A stretch of DNA of 64,000 nucleotides, from NCBI GenBank assembly GCA_013239625.1, contig MU054212.1, positions 9,968,898 to 10,032,897 on the forward strand. Reading direction: 5' to 3'. The translations under genes were made by a program, and so were the position numbers. Of the stretch, positions 11,897 through 25,539 are shown piece by piece. The notes under the pieces were generated by a model. It worked only from the letters and a program-made list of their open reading frames with translations. It made no database searches and was not told where the DNA came from. How positions within the stretch are numbered: the stretch's first letter is position 1; the number at the start of each line of letters is the position of its first letter. This DNA is from Lama guanicoe (Eukaryota).

Positions 11897-14800
11897 TCAG
11901 TTCGGGATGTGTGAGTTGGAGGTGCCAGTACAGATTTCCAGAAGGAGTTTGGGTAGATAGCGGCTTAGGAAGGAGGACCCGGCTTGAACACGAGTTTCAC
12001 GTGAGGTGTCGATGTGCAAATTGACATTTGAAGCTGTAGGCTGGTACACAATCTCCTAGGAGAGGTGAGTGAGGACCTCCGGGCACCACCAGTGTTTGCC
12101 CTGGACTTAAGAAAAGGATCCCCCAGGAGGCACTGAGAGACAGTAGCCCAAAAGGAGGGTGATCTCTAGGAGAGAGCGATGGCCCAGAATCCAAGGGAGG
12201 GCATAGTTATTAGGCTTCAAATCCCTGGAATTTAGGGAAGAAAAATAAAGATGCAGTTTGGATTGGTTCTCCAAGAATTAGACCATGAAATAAGTAGCTT
12301 GTCACTGGTGATTCAGGAAGCTCTAGGAAGGGATGGCTTCATCCTTGGATAGGACTTCAACTGTATGCCCCGTTTTCGTGATGTACTCGAAAGTCATCTG
12401 TTTGTTCAACACACATTTATCGAGGACATACAGTTTCACTGGTGCTGCATTAATGCTGAGGATACAGAAGAGTTAGTACATGTAACATGCTTACCATAGC
12501 TTAACTTGATGTCTGTCGACCCCAATATTAGCTGATACTGCTATTGCTGTTATTAAGTGATGCATATATGGTTCCCAACTTCTGCTTTATCTTCGTAGAC
12601 ATGCAGTTGTTACCTGTTCTCTCTCTTTCCTTGAACTTGGTTGGTTTCCATGATGTGTCATCTAGACTGATTATCTATCTGGATTCTTGAACTAACTGCT
12701 ATAACTTACTGAGGAACTGCGCGAACTACTTTAATTTCACAAGCGTTATGATTAGACTCAGTTGCATGTGACATAAACACTCATCTGATGTCTTTCCATC
12801 ATGGAAAAGCTGCCTGGAGGTAACAGCCAGGGCAAGTAATGTCGCTCTGCCATGTCATCAGGAAACCAGGACTTCATCTTTTTGTTTTACTAGTTACAAG
12901 GGAAGCTGGGAAATGCAGCTTTTTAGCTGGGGGTAGGGGGGTGTCATTGCCCTGAATAAAGGTCAGACTCTATTACCAAGAAAGAAGAAGGGGATGGACA
13001 TTGAGTGTGGTGTCACAGCCTTGTCGATCTAAGCACCTGATTCTGCCAGAAGTCAAAAGAGAACCTCTCCTTTGCATCCCAGGTTCTTCCAAAGCCTGAG
13101 GAAAATGGAAGGTGTCTGCAAGTACTTTAAAGGTAAAATCCTTGCTCAGACGTGGGTTAGAGGAGTGGATGGGTCACTCTCCGACCAGCGACAGGGAGTC
13201 TGGCAAGGTGGCGCACTGATCCAGGAATGAATTTTGAAGGTCGGCCTGCAGACATTTCAAGGGCCTAGAGATGAGACAGTGTCCAGACCTGGTATTTCTG
13301 TTTACCTCCGCGGCAGCCACTGAGGGAGAGAAGTTCTGCTCTGTGCCAAAAGGGACACAGAAGTCAGTTTGAAAAGGAAAGAGGTGGAAGGCCCGTAGCC
13401 ACCTCTCGCCAGGACCTAATTCACACTCAGGGAACATTTGATCCTCTGGGCTCTGAGGGAAGTTTAATTGAAATGCAAAAACCAAAGGTCAAAACCATGT
13501 AAAATTTAAAGGCCATTTTTACTATTTGACAAGGAACAAATTGTAACTTTATATTGCTTTTAGATGCAATTTTGTTCAGTGAAATTAGATTATGCTCAAC
13601 TAAAGCACCTTCTTTAGAGCTTTTAGATTAAATATTAGAACTTACTAGAAGGACCTCGATTTCATCAGTAAATACCAAGGAAAATATTTGGTGGGAAATG
13701 CAGCTGCCTAATTTGCATTAATACAAACGAGCACTATTAAGCTTAGTTGATTAGCATATTCATATGTACTGTAGTTGCCGGTGTATTTAAAATAGATTCT
13801 GCTAGATTCTGATTACAAACTCATGCATGTGTAACACTGTGAACCAGAGCCTTGGCGAGAGAGTGCACCCTGACTGAGGGTGAGGGCGCCAGCGGGAACA
13901 GAGTACTGGTCTCAGGATTGTTTGCATAACCTGGTACCATGCAGAGCCAGCCCCATCCTGAAGGCGCCAAGTAGCATAGGAATTGATGGCTAGTAACTCA
14001 CGATAGAGTCTAGGTTCCCGAGGAGCGAGGGATGTCAGAGCAGGTGTTTGCGAGAGCTTGTGTGTTTCATTTATTCACTTGTTCCTTTCTTCATCTCAAC
14101 ACCTATTCACTGTGTGCCTGTCACAGTCCAGGCCCTGGGGCTGGGGCTGGGGTGACGGCTGAGAACAAGGTCCATCCTGAGAACAGGGTTCATTTCCTCA
14201 GGGAGCTCCAGGCAATGAGCCCTGGCTTGCTGGATCTGGAGCTGATCTCCTGTCTTCCGGCCCACTTCTAGGACCTGGTCCTTTCACAGCATCCCTGGGA
14301 GTGGGAGAAGCCAGGGGGGCAGGGAGCGGCAGGGCAGACCAGAGCACGGGCTGCTCCTGCCCTGGGGACCAGCAGATGAAGCCCAAGGTACCAAGTGCCC
14401 TGAGAGGAAAAGGCCCTGCCCAGGGATGCTGTGGAGGTGGTCATTTGAACCTGGCCTTTAAAGATGGATGAGATTCAGCGGGAATGAGGGAAGAACATGA
14501 GCACTGGCATGGGGAGAGAGCACGGAGTCCATGGGCTGGGGGCTGCAGTGAAGCTGGGACTGGGAAAGAGATTGACCCTTTTCCCTTCCTGCCAGCTCCC
14601 TGACGCTGGGTCTCAACCAGTGACTCGGAAATTAGTTTATTCTCAGTTTTGTGTAAACTGATTTTTTTTTCCTTCTGGAAATTAATCATCTCCCTTGGAC
14701 TTAAAAATTAATTCTGAGATGATTTAATTTTATTTCTGATGGATCTTTTAGGATCTCTGTCCCTTTAACTACCCCACCCTATCCATATCCAGTAGTTATT

Positions 14801-15654
14801 ATGTATATTCTATATACATGTAATAAAATATATAATAATATTTTATAGAATAAATAATCACCCCCAATCCCTGACCTGGGATTTCTATTAAGTTTCTGAG
14901 AGCAGAGGACAAGGACAGGCCTCCAGGACACTGGGGGTGGAGGTAGGGGCGAACATGGATAGGCGTCACAGGCCAGCTCTTTCTTCTCTCCTCCTGCCCT
15001 GGCCCATTTCCCATGACATAGGACCCATGCAGTCTGGGACCTTGTGCCCCCAGGAAAGGCACTTTGTGCTCTCTCCTCCCCTAAATGCATTACTTCTGCT
15101 TTTCCTGTTTCCAAGGCTGTGACTTGAGGTGGTGGTGTTGGTCAGTGAGCAGCCAGGACCCCTGAATGGATTCATGTATACGCTCACAAAGTCATAAAGT
15201 CATTGCCCCTTGATGTATAAAGATCAGTGGCCTCTGGGGAGGACAGCATTTGAAAGGACATTGACACTGCCTTGTCCGTGTGTCTGTCCTGGCTCCTGGG
15301 CTTCCAGAGCAGGCGCACGCTGGGTAACACCTTCTGAGATAGTGGGTGACATCACTTTTTAGGGATCCAACATGCGGAATCCTGGATTTTTGGTGCCAGA
15401 AACAATTGAAGACATTATTTTATTCTACAAATAAAGAAGTGAAGGCTCGGGGAAGTCCTGAGGCGAGCGTCAGTGATGCAGTCCAAACCAAACGTCACAT
15501 CTCCTGAACCTCAGCCCAGAAAGTGAGTTACTGATGGTTCCTAACGTTTACTTGGTTTTCATTGATCCATGCTGCCCTCTGTGTGCATCGTGACTAGATG
15601 TACCAGGGTTTAAAGAGTCTATAGGCAGGAGAAAGCTCTTTTCTTGATTCTAGA

Positions 15655-16512
15655 CATTCATTCATTCTTTGATGCATTCATTCTTCTAACAATACTTCCT
15701 GAGCATCTCCCATGTTCTAGATTCTGGAGATGAAACCATGAGCAGAAAGAAAAAGTCCTGGGCTTGGCAAGCTTACCTCCCAATGAGAGGGGCCAGACAA
15801 TAAAAATGGAGCTGCCAGGTGATGGTACCTGCCCTGAGGAAGGATCCAGCCAGATAAGGAGGTGGAGCGTGAGGAGGATGTCCTGACGGGGCTGTGTGAG
15901 GCATTATTAGGGAGTGCCTGAAAGTAATGAGGAAGGAGACATAAGGCTGTCTGGGGAAGGAGCGTTCCAGATAGAGGCAGAAGACACAGCTGATAGGGGG
16001 AGAGATGATGTGGCCTGGGGAGGAGAGAGGGGAGGATGGAGGGCACTGAGGAACAAGGACCAGATCACACACCTGCGTGAGGGGGGACAACAGATGATGC
16101 ATTATCCAGCCGGCACCTGTTGATAGTGAAAGGATGTGCTGTTTGGAATCACACTAGGATAGATAGACATAAACAGTAGGGTTCTGTGCAGGCTGGGGTG
16201 CACGGCTGTCTGCGGTGAAGGTCAGTGTGAGGCACTGGCTCTTGCTGTGGGTGGGTGAGGGGCGCCGTCTTGAGATCATTGCAGTGATCCAAGTGGGAGA
16301 TGAGGGGCGGGGAGCAGGCGGGGCCATGGAGCGGGGAGGAGTGGCTGGATTTGAGATACATGTAGATGGCGGGGCTGACGGATTTACTGGCAGGTTGGAT
16401 GGAGGATGGGAGAGAAAAGTAGAGTCAGGGATGACTTCATGGCCTAAGCGACTGAGATGCCAGGAGACTCTCAGAAAATCAAGCCTGAGGGGAAATGAGG
16501 AGGTTACTTTTC
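15655..16512 (-). mobile_element. L2 LINE fragment
   Basis: (ATTC)n tail then purine-rich antisense L2 body (attgcagtgatccaagtgggagatga...ggatttgagataca); interrupted by the MLT1A LTR. Confidence 0.7.
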
Positions 16513-16517
16513 TCCAG

Positions 16518-16878
16518 TGCAACAGACTGAATATTTGTGTCCCCTCAAAATTCATATGCTGTAATCTCACCTCCAATGTGACAATATTAGGAGGTGGGGC
16601 CTTTGGGAGGTAATTAAGTCATGAGGGTGGAGCCCTTGTACATGGGATTAGTGAGTGCCCTTATGCAGGAGGTCCAGAGGGCTCTCTAGTCCCTGCCACC
16701 AGGTGAGGTTACAGCAAAAAGACAGCTGTCTGTGAGCCAGGAAGCAGGCTGCCACAAGGCACTGAATCTTCTAGTACCATGATCTTGGACTTCCTGCTTC
16801 CAGAATTGTGAGCAATAAATTCTTGTCGTTTGTAAACCACCCAGTCCCTAGTGTTAGCAGCCTGAGTGGGTTAAGACA
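16518..16878 (+). mobile_element. MaLR solo LTR, MLT1A-like
   Basis: tg...gactgaatatttgtgtcccctcaaaattcatatg...gcctttgggaggtaattaagtcatgagggtggagccc...aataaa...taagaca; 5-bp TSD tccag/tccat. Confidence 0.9.
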
Positions 16879-19125
16879 TCCATATTACCTCTGATGTAAC
16901 ATCTAAGTGAAGGTGTCCTATGTAGTAGAAAGAAGGGCCATCAGTATTTATATTTGGTATTGGAAGTCCCTGGGGGCCGGATGGCATGCCTGGGAGACTG
17001 AGTCTAGACAGAAGGAGAGGAAGGAAGGACTGGGCTCGGGGCCTGCAAAGCTTGCAGGTTGGAAGGCTGAGGGGGAAGAGACAGAGGTGAACAGGATGCA
17101 GGCAAAGTGTGTCCTAAAACACTTCCGGTCTCTGTCCTACCCTGTCACTAGGACAGTGTTTTCTCCAGGACAGCTACTGGGAGGATTTAATTGGAGGAGG
17201 AGGAAAGCAGTGAGATGTCAGCCCCGAGCTGGTGGTCCGATGAGGACAGGAACTGCTGGGTCGTGAGCGGTGTGTGTGTCAGGGGGAGGGAAAGCACCTC
17301 AAGCTGGCCTCTCCTAGGGGAGCAGGAGTGGAGGGTATGGAATGAGCCATCTGGTCAACCAGCAGCAGCCTCTCTTTGCTCCGTGGGCCACTAGCATCCT
17401 GTGATCTGACCCCAACCGCACCTGTACGTTGTGCTTGGTGGGGAATGAGAGTTTGTGAGGATGAGGCCAGCCAGACTTCAGGCTGCTGGAAGTGATGCGG
17501 TTTTTGGAATAACAGAGCAGAGGGGAGATGGTGTCAGGCGTCTAGAGGTGGAGCTGAAACAGAAAAGCACCAAGACTCGGAACTTACAAAATAAGGAGAA
17601 TGTGGGACCTGGATTCAGATCTAGCTTTGCCACATCCTGTTTTGGACTTTCTGAACCTTTGTCCCTTTGTCTGTAGAAGTGGGTATGTCCCCGCCTCATC
17701 TGGGTTTCCATAAGAGTTAAATGGGATAAGTTATACTAAAAATCAATCTATGCAGACCCAGTTCATTATAAAAATACAATGATTATCACCCTCATCTTTG
17801 TAATTTGTGTTACCCCTTTCTGTTTAAACTTTAAAACAGGTGCGGGGGCTTGTTTTCTACGGGGAAAAAAAGCAAGGAACAGGGGAAGTGGTCTTTGGTT
17901 GGCGGGTGAAGGAATCTCAGGGGGAAAAAAGGAAAATGATTGCAACTCTGATAAGATCACTTCCAGTGCAAGGATAACAGTGGAGGTGAAGATGTCACAT
18001 TTGTATGTAACTTTATGCCTGTCAACGGCCTCCCTTACACGTTTTCTCATTAAAGAGAACTGGCTCTAATCTGCCCTTGCAGAGAGCCTGCTGATGGAAG
18101 TAATGGTGGGGTCCAAAGCTGGAACAGTTTGCTGAGCAGACATCTAGCTCATTTCCTCATGCTCAGAGGGTCACCTAGGCACCCGCATCTCCCTCCTTCT
18201 CTCATGACACCACCTGGGGCTGACTGTGAGAGGTGACAGCTCTGGGAGCCCCAGCCCTGCCCTGTGTCCCCCGGGAAGAGTTGGTGGGGTACAGCCTGTG
18301 AAGCGAACCAGCCCTCAATCCCAGGAGTATGTGCCCAAACGCAGGAACACTGTGTGGTGATGGACATCCCAAATGTCTGCTCTCTGTGGTCAGACCTCGT
18401 CCCCGTGCCGTGTTAGAGGGTGGCAGCCAGCCCTCTGTGGACTCTGCCACTAGCCCGCCCTCAGATCCTGTGACCTCCGTCTGACACCAGCAGGGTCCTC
18501 AAGGCATCTGAAAACCAGGGCGAGGCTCTGAGTCAGGAAGGCTTAAGTAGGGGCGTCAGCCTGCCTAGAAGCAGCGCTGGATGGTCCAGGGTCCAGAGCA
18601 GGGGTGTTTCACTGTGGCAGACGGCAGTGCCCCGAGGTGTAGATTTTCCAGGGGTGCAGGGATCTCTTTCCATCCTTCTTGCTGGAGCCGTGTGATACCC
18701 ACAGCCTGTGGTGTGTGCTCCCCTGGGAATGGCCTTTCAACCCCCTTAGGTGCAGAATTCTGCATGGCCATGCCCGCACGTGCAGTGATCTCCTGGGTCA
18801 AACTCCGTTCTGCCAGCTCCGGAGGCAACGGGTGTGTCTCCCCCACCCTCCCCTTCCCTGTGTGCGGCTCCCAGCAAGAGCCTGGCTCTGGGCTCAGGCA
18901 GCATCCAGGGACGTGAAACCCTGAGGCAAGGGGGCCACGCTCCACTGCGGCACCTTGAGCACCGGCGGGCAGGTCTTGATGTGTTGGGGGTGCATTTTGG
19001 GTCCCACGATGTCAGAAATCGGCGCTGTGGCTCCCTGCCTTCTCCATGTGTGGCCCGCAGTCTGCGGCTTTGCTCAGGGCCAGATAAAGCCCAGTCGGGA
19101 AAGAGACTGGTCCCCTTCCTAGACA

Positions 19126-19144
19126 AGACCACCAGGGGGCAGTG
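19126..19144 (+). promoter_or_regulatory. Candidate CTCF binding site
   Basis: AGACCACCAGGGGGCAGTG; core CCACCAGGGGGCAG matches all highly conserved positions of the CTCF consensus. Confidence 0.65.
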
Positions 19145-20614
19145 GAGCACACTCGCAGGCTGCCTGCAGCCGCCGAACAGGGAACGGAGAAGGTTGGCAG
19201 AAGCTTCTTGAGGCCGGGAGACAGGCCAGGGGACCCAGGGTCAGAAACCATCCTTGGAGCACCCGGTCTCCTCTCAGAGGATGGGAGGACTGTGCTTTGG
19301 CTTCAAATCAACCAGCTTCTATTTTCACACAGAAACTGGCCAACGTTAATAGCCTCATCATCATTCTGTTCTGGACCATCGCCCTTATTTCCTTGACGTA
19401 AAGAGCCCAGAGAGGTTGTGTCACTAAACTGAAGACACACAGCCATGAAAGCCGTAGAACACTCGATTTTACACAGGGAGACTTGGACCCCCAGGACCTT
19501 GCTCATTTCTCCACAATGATGAATCCAGTCCTCATCTGAAAAGTACATGTCCGGCCCCACTTGCTACCTGTGTCAGAATCTCATGGAGGGAGGAAATGCT
19601 AGCCTGGAATCTGCATGTTTAAGGAGCTCTCCAGGTGATTCTGATAAACATGCTAAATGGAAACCTGCCCTTGTCGGGAAACCGGAATTGAACCAAACTG
19701 TAAAGACAGTGAATTTGTCTTTTCGTCTCCATGCACCCTGTCTCCCCACACCCTGTCTCCCCACTCACGCAGGGAGTCACCCGCTCCTGCCAGCCCACGG
19801 TGGCCACTGCCCACCTCGGAGATCCCCCTCCGCCAAGGGCTTGTCTCCACCACTCCACTCCTGGCGCCCCCGCCTCACACTGTGACAAGAGCCGCCTTTA
19901 CCACTATGCCTTCCAAAGTGACAACAAGTTAATCTGATTAAAAAAAAATCAATTCTAGTGGGATTAAGATAGAATGTTGCCCCAACAACTGGCCAGTCCC
20001 AGTTATCATGGGAATTTCCAGCAGGGCTCTCTGGACAGAACATCACACTCGGGGCTCTTAATCCAGAAGTGCTGGATGACATGCAGTAATACAGTCAGGA
20101 GGGGATTTTCAGGGACAAGGACAGAGATGCCTTCTGAGAGATAGCTACTTGGCCCTGGGGTCGGGGTTTGAAGGGTGTCTTACCTACACTGTGGAGGCGA
20201 TTTTCATTGAAAAGAGCATGTATTGTTTTTTTTTTTAAATTACAGAGATAAATTATAGAAAATTATAAAGAGAAAAACACACACCAATTGCTGGGTTAAG
20301 ATATGAAATAATGTCTGTCCAGACACCGCTCTGTAAGTGCGACCATGATGAACAATTGCTGGGTTATACTGAGCATCTGACTATGTGCCAGATGCCGTGC
20401 TCTGTGCTTCCCATACGTTCTGCCATCTGATCATCACCAGGTCCAGGCGCTGGAGGTGATAGCTTTTTTTAAAAACAGATAAAGAAAGTAGGAATAGAGG
20501 AGCTGACTAATTTGTCCAGGTGGACCATTATGTGACAGAGTGGGAACCTAACTCAGGCTTCTTTCATTCCTGTGCGCAGGATCACCTTCTGATCCTGGCT
20601 GCCTCTGCAGAACG

Positions 20615-21155
20615 CGCACACCCATAGACACCTAAGGAACTCGCACACACCCTGCAGGTACACACGCACATCTCATACACACACCCGCTGTGGACACCTC
20701 CCCTACAGACATACATAGAACTCACATGCAAATACCTCACACATGCACCCACAGAATTTACACACCCCACTGACACACCCGACAGACACACACACATACA
20801 TACCCAGATACACACATACCACACACACAGAAAGTCACCCACACCCTACAGACGCACAGAGACTTTACACACGGACACTCTAGACACACACAGAACTCAC
20901 ACGCATGCACCCAAGACACGCAGACACACACATGCACATGCTGCAGACACACAAAGATCTCTTGTACACATACTGAGGGTATATACACGGGACTCGCATA
21001 CATGCACACACTGCAGCCGATCACAGACAACTCACACGCATCCACCACAGATGTACACACAGGACTCACATGCATTGCACATATACGTGCCATGAAGACA
21101 CACATCCACACTGCACAGAGTCACATCCACTCAGAGATTCACACATCCACACACA
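20615..21155. repeat. Long degenerate CA-rich low-complexity tract
   Basis: ~540 bp of imperfect CA repeats; explains the Cys/Val-rich spurious minus-strand ORFs. Confidence 0.9.
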
Positions 21156-21257
21156 GCTCTTCTGAAATCTGTTTTTTTTTCAATTCAGTATCTATATAGA
21201 GCTTTTATTCTTTTTTTTTTTTTACCTTTTATTCTTTTAAAAGCCTGCATGGTATTC

Positions 21258-21426
21258 TTTTTTTTTTTTAAACTGAAGCATATGACTATGTTTACAATGT
21301 CATGCCAATTTCTGGTGTACAGCATAATGTTTCATTCATTCATGTACATACATATATTCGTTTTCATACTCTTTCTCATTATAGGTTACTACAAGGTATT
21401 GAATATAGTTCCCTGTGCTGTACAGT
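21258..21426 (-). mobile_element. Short young L1 3' end
   Basis: Poly-T then tttacaatgt...aatttctggtgtacagcat...aatatagttccctgtgct, the reverse complement of the L1 3'UTR seen at ~9000-9150. Confidence 0.9.
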
Positions 21427-23329
21427 GTTTTATTGCATAGATCTATCATGTTTCTGATCAGACCCTATTGAGGGCTACCTACGTTTAGGGAAAATATTTG
21501 AATTCCAATAAAATGACAATAAGGCAAAGTCACTGGGTTTTCATTACGTGTCAGATTACACTTATAATAAGATCTAATCTTCACAAGGACCCTGTCTGTA
21601 ATCCCATTGTGCAGATGCAAAGACTGAGGTTTTAGAGCTTCTAAGTGACAGAGCCAGGAACCAGAGCTAGAAAATCTCTCCAGACTGCCCTCAATATGAA
21701 TTGGCTTTCAACGAACATTCTTGTTCATACGTGTCCTTAAAGGGAAAATTCGTAGAGGAGGAATTCCAAGTCCAGGGTTGCATGCATTCCCCACTGGATA
21801 CACGTCACTGAACGGCCCTTGAGAGAAGGGTCCCAAGGACACCCCCAAGCCCATGTGCAAATGCCTTATTTCCCTTTCATTTTGCCAGGACTTGGCATTT
21901 TTCTCTTTGTCTTTTTGTTAGATGAAAAATTATATCCAAGTATCAGACAGATCCCCTTAGGGGATCAGGTTTTGACTGACATGGTCAGAAAAAGATTTGT
22001 GGTGAAGGCAGAAGGCGACATTGAAAGATGAGTGGGCTGGCATTAGCAAGGATATTTTTTCTTGGAAACAGGGACAGCAGAATTAGACAACGTTCTGGGG
22101 TTCTTAGTGGTCTCCAGGCTTCTACGTGTTGAGTTGAAGCTGGCTTGTCAGTGATTCTCTGTCCTGAAGCTCAGTGTTGGAAGTTTTGCATCCTGTAAAC
22201 GCAGACCCGGTGAGCCTTAGGAGGGGGAGGTGTGGAGTGTGTGGAGGTGCCGCCCACCTCACCTGTGACCCTGTACCTGGACATCTCCTGGACACAGGGA
22301 GAGTGACATTAGAGGCCACCTCAGAGGCACATTGGAGGTGATTTGGGACTGTGTGTGTGGACTGTTTACTCTCGGCGGCTTCTCAGCTCCCCATTCCTGG
22401 CCGCCTTGCAAAGCAGGCATTACCAGAGCAGCTCCGTAGGACCAACTGCTTTTGCCCTCCAGCCTGAGCTGGTTGCTGTGTATTTCAGGCCTGGATCTCA
22501 CATGGGTAGCTGCTCGGTGCCTTACAAAGGGTGGCTCTCCAGGCTCACGTTTTATTAGACCATGATGGAATGGTGCAGGGGCCCTGGAAGTGAAGCTGGG
22601 TCTGTGTCACATCCCCAGCCTGCTCCGGCCTCCCTGTCGGAAGCTGCCTACTGCTAGCCCCGCTCTGTCTCCATCATCACCTGCCAACCTCTTTAGCTCA
22701 GCTCAGCACCCCTTGAGCTGGGCAGCGCCGGGCAGCTCCCAGGGTTCGCTCAACCATTGCAGATTTTGACACACGATCAAAATTGCAGCTATTCCCCTCT
22801 CAAAATCTCCCTCTCTGAGCTTTACTTGCAGCTTTTTCTTGCCCGAGAGATTGGATTTCCTGCTTCTGTTGTAAATTCACTTCTAAGTGGCTCCCTTCAC
22901 TGGGGTGGAAGAGAGAAAAAGAAAGGAAAGAAAATGCCACCGGAGAACCATCCTTTCTGTAGTCCAGGTGGCCTGAAGACTTGCATTTCTGCCCAGAGAG
23001 AGGCTTTCGTCCCAAGAGCTGGGGCCCCGGAAAAGAAGTGAAATCAAAGCCGTGAGAGGAAGTGTGAATTCTTTCTCCAAGTGTCTGAAAAAGTGTGTCA
23101 AGGCCCACAGGGAAGCAGGCAGCAGGGGTGTGTAAGAACAGTTCGCTTGCCTTTGTCCTTGGACTTGCTAGATGAGGCGCTTTGCAGACCTTGACTCCAG
23201 AGGGTGCTCAGGGCTTCTCTTGTCCAGCCTGGGTGCTGAGAGCAGCTGTCCGGTGTGCTTCCAGCCACCCTGGTAATTTCATGGGTGGTGGTGGTGGGGC
23301 GTCGCAGAAAGCATGGAGTTCAATATTTT

Positions 23330-25535
23330 CGATACATACAGTAGACTCTGTTTATCCACATGAGTGCTATTCTCTTTCTCTTTCATATCCTTTGCATTAT
23401 TTTTTACTGTACATTTCACTCTGGCGTCTGTTGGAACACAATCCCCTGCTACTGCTTTTGCTTTAGACAGTTATCTTTTAGAGTGATTAAAATAAGAATA
23501 AAGAAAATTTTATCGTACCTTAATTAATTCAGTTTTACCCCTCTTCATTTTATTTTGTGTAGAGCCCATTTTCTGGCTGGTGTCATATTTTTTCTGTCTT
23601 TAAAACTTTCTTTGATCTTTCTTCGAATAGAAGTCTTCTAACAATGAGATGGGTTTTTTTTTTTGAGAAAGTATTTATGTCTTGTTCATTTTTGAAAGAG
23701 TTTTTTTGGGGTGGGGCTGAATACAGTGAATTAACAGGGGTTTTTTTTCCCCAATACTTTAAAATGCCATTCCATTTTCTTCTGGTTTGCATGGTTTCTG
23801 ACGGGAAGTCTATGATAGTTCTTACCTTCATGTCTCTACAGGTAAGATGTCATAGATCTCTGGCTGCCTTCAAGATTTTTCTTTGTCTTTGGTTTCTGGT
23901 AATTTTGATACGGCATTCTCATTTTATTTTATTCCCCCCTCCCCCTTGCCTGGTGTCATAACTACTATTAATTTTGGAAAATTCTCAGCCCTTATTTTTC
24001 CATGCATTTTTTTCTACCTCATTCTCTCTCTTTTCCCCCTTCTCTGTACTACTTTTTTTTTCTTTCAACTCCTACTACCACGACTGTTTTGTTGTCTTTC
24101 TGTTTCAATTTGAGTAATTTCTATTACCCTATCTTCAAGTTCACTGATTCTTTCCTCAGCTGTGTCAAGTCTATTGACAAGTCTTTCTTTATGTATGTGA
24201 CTGTGTTTTCATTTCTAGCATCTTCACTTGACTCTCTTTTCTGCTCACATTGCCCATCTGATATTGCCTGTTATCCATCTTTTCATTAGAACCTTTAACA
24301 TATTAATTATAGTTATTTTAAATTCCCTGATGGTTCCAACACCTGTGCCTTGTATGTTTCTGCTTCATGGATTGCATTGCCTCTCGACAGTGTTTTATTT
24401 TTCCCTTGCTTTCAACAAAAATGTATAATTTTTGTTGAAAGACACATCTTGTGTAGAACACTTGAGGCTGAAGTAGGTAGTTTGTATACTTGAATGTGGG
24501 CCTGCCTTTCCCTTCTGCTGAAACTTTAATTTGGGGATTGGCATGAATGTAGTTAGTTCATCTGGATTTAAAACTCATTGTTGCTATGGTTACCTTCCAC
24601 GCATCACATGCCTTCAGTTCCTCCGGAACTGCCCTGTCTTGAGGTTGGGTTTTGCTTTGCCGGAGAGTTTTTCTCCATGTCTAATCTACTCTTAGCTTTA
24701 GGCCTTCCCTTTGTGCTGTGCTTCAGAGAGTTTCTTTTCATGCTCTTGTCCACCTACCAGCAGGATTCTACTCTTACTTGTTATTTGATGCTTCTTAGCC
24801 TGCAGTGGGAAGCAGGCATATCCCCTGTCCTTCTCATTAAGTGTCAGTCTTAAAAAGCCTCTATGTCTCTGGGCCTCAGGGCTGTGATCTTCTCAGTGCT
24901 CCTGCCCCTCTCCTGGGGATAATTCTGGGCCCTGTTCCGATCCTTGCTCCGCTCCCAAAGGAGAAGTTATTTTCTTCCCCAGTGTTCCCTTCTCCCCTCC
25001 CATAATAAAAGTCTCACACTACAGTGTGAGACTTTTGTTATGAAGAGGCGACAGGCAAGGAGAATCTGGATGGGGTGTTATGCCTTTCCTGCAGCAGCTG
25101 CTGTTCTCTTTCCTCAGGCTGGCGCTACAAGGGGATGCCTCTTCTGAACTCTCATCAGTCTTTTTTGTGATCACCGGTTAGGTGCGTAGAGCAGAGCCTG
25201 AGAACAGGTGCACATTCCCCTTGTATCTGCATCCTCACGAGTTCTGTATTCCCTTGAGACCCATCACTTGGCCTTAACAGTTCAATAACAATTTTAGCTG
25301 AATTCTTACCAAGGTCTGGCAGCATTTGCCCCAGGTAAGCAAGTGCTCATGTTCTATCTCTCCTTGCACACACTTGTATTCACTTAGATTTCAGATCCGT
25401 TGTCTGTTCTGCCAGCTCAGAGAGCTGACAAGTTCAAGCAAAGTTATAAATTTGTAGATTGTGCAGCATTTTTGTCGTAGGAGTGGAAGTTATGCTCTTC
25501 GTAGCTTTCTACATCTCAAGCGGAAGCCAGAAGTA
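23330..25535 (-). mobile_element. Ancient L1M 5' portion (5'UTR, decayed ORF1, inter-ORF region)
   Basis: ORF 23583-23831(-) KVRTIIDFPSETMQTRRKWNGILK...SFKNEQDINTFS resembles the L1 ORF1p C-terminal domain; T-rich plus strand; outer boundaries approximate. Confidence 0.75.
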
Positions 25536-25539
25536 GCAC

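Noticed and set aside
20582..21199. Cys/Val- and His/Thr-rich ORFs
   Set aside because: Translations of the CA/TG low-complexity tract
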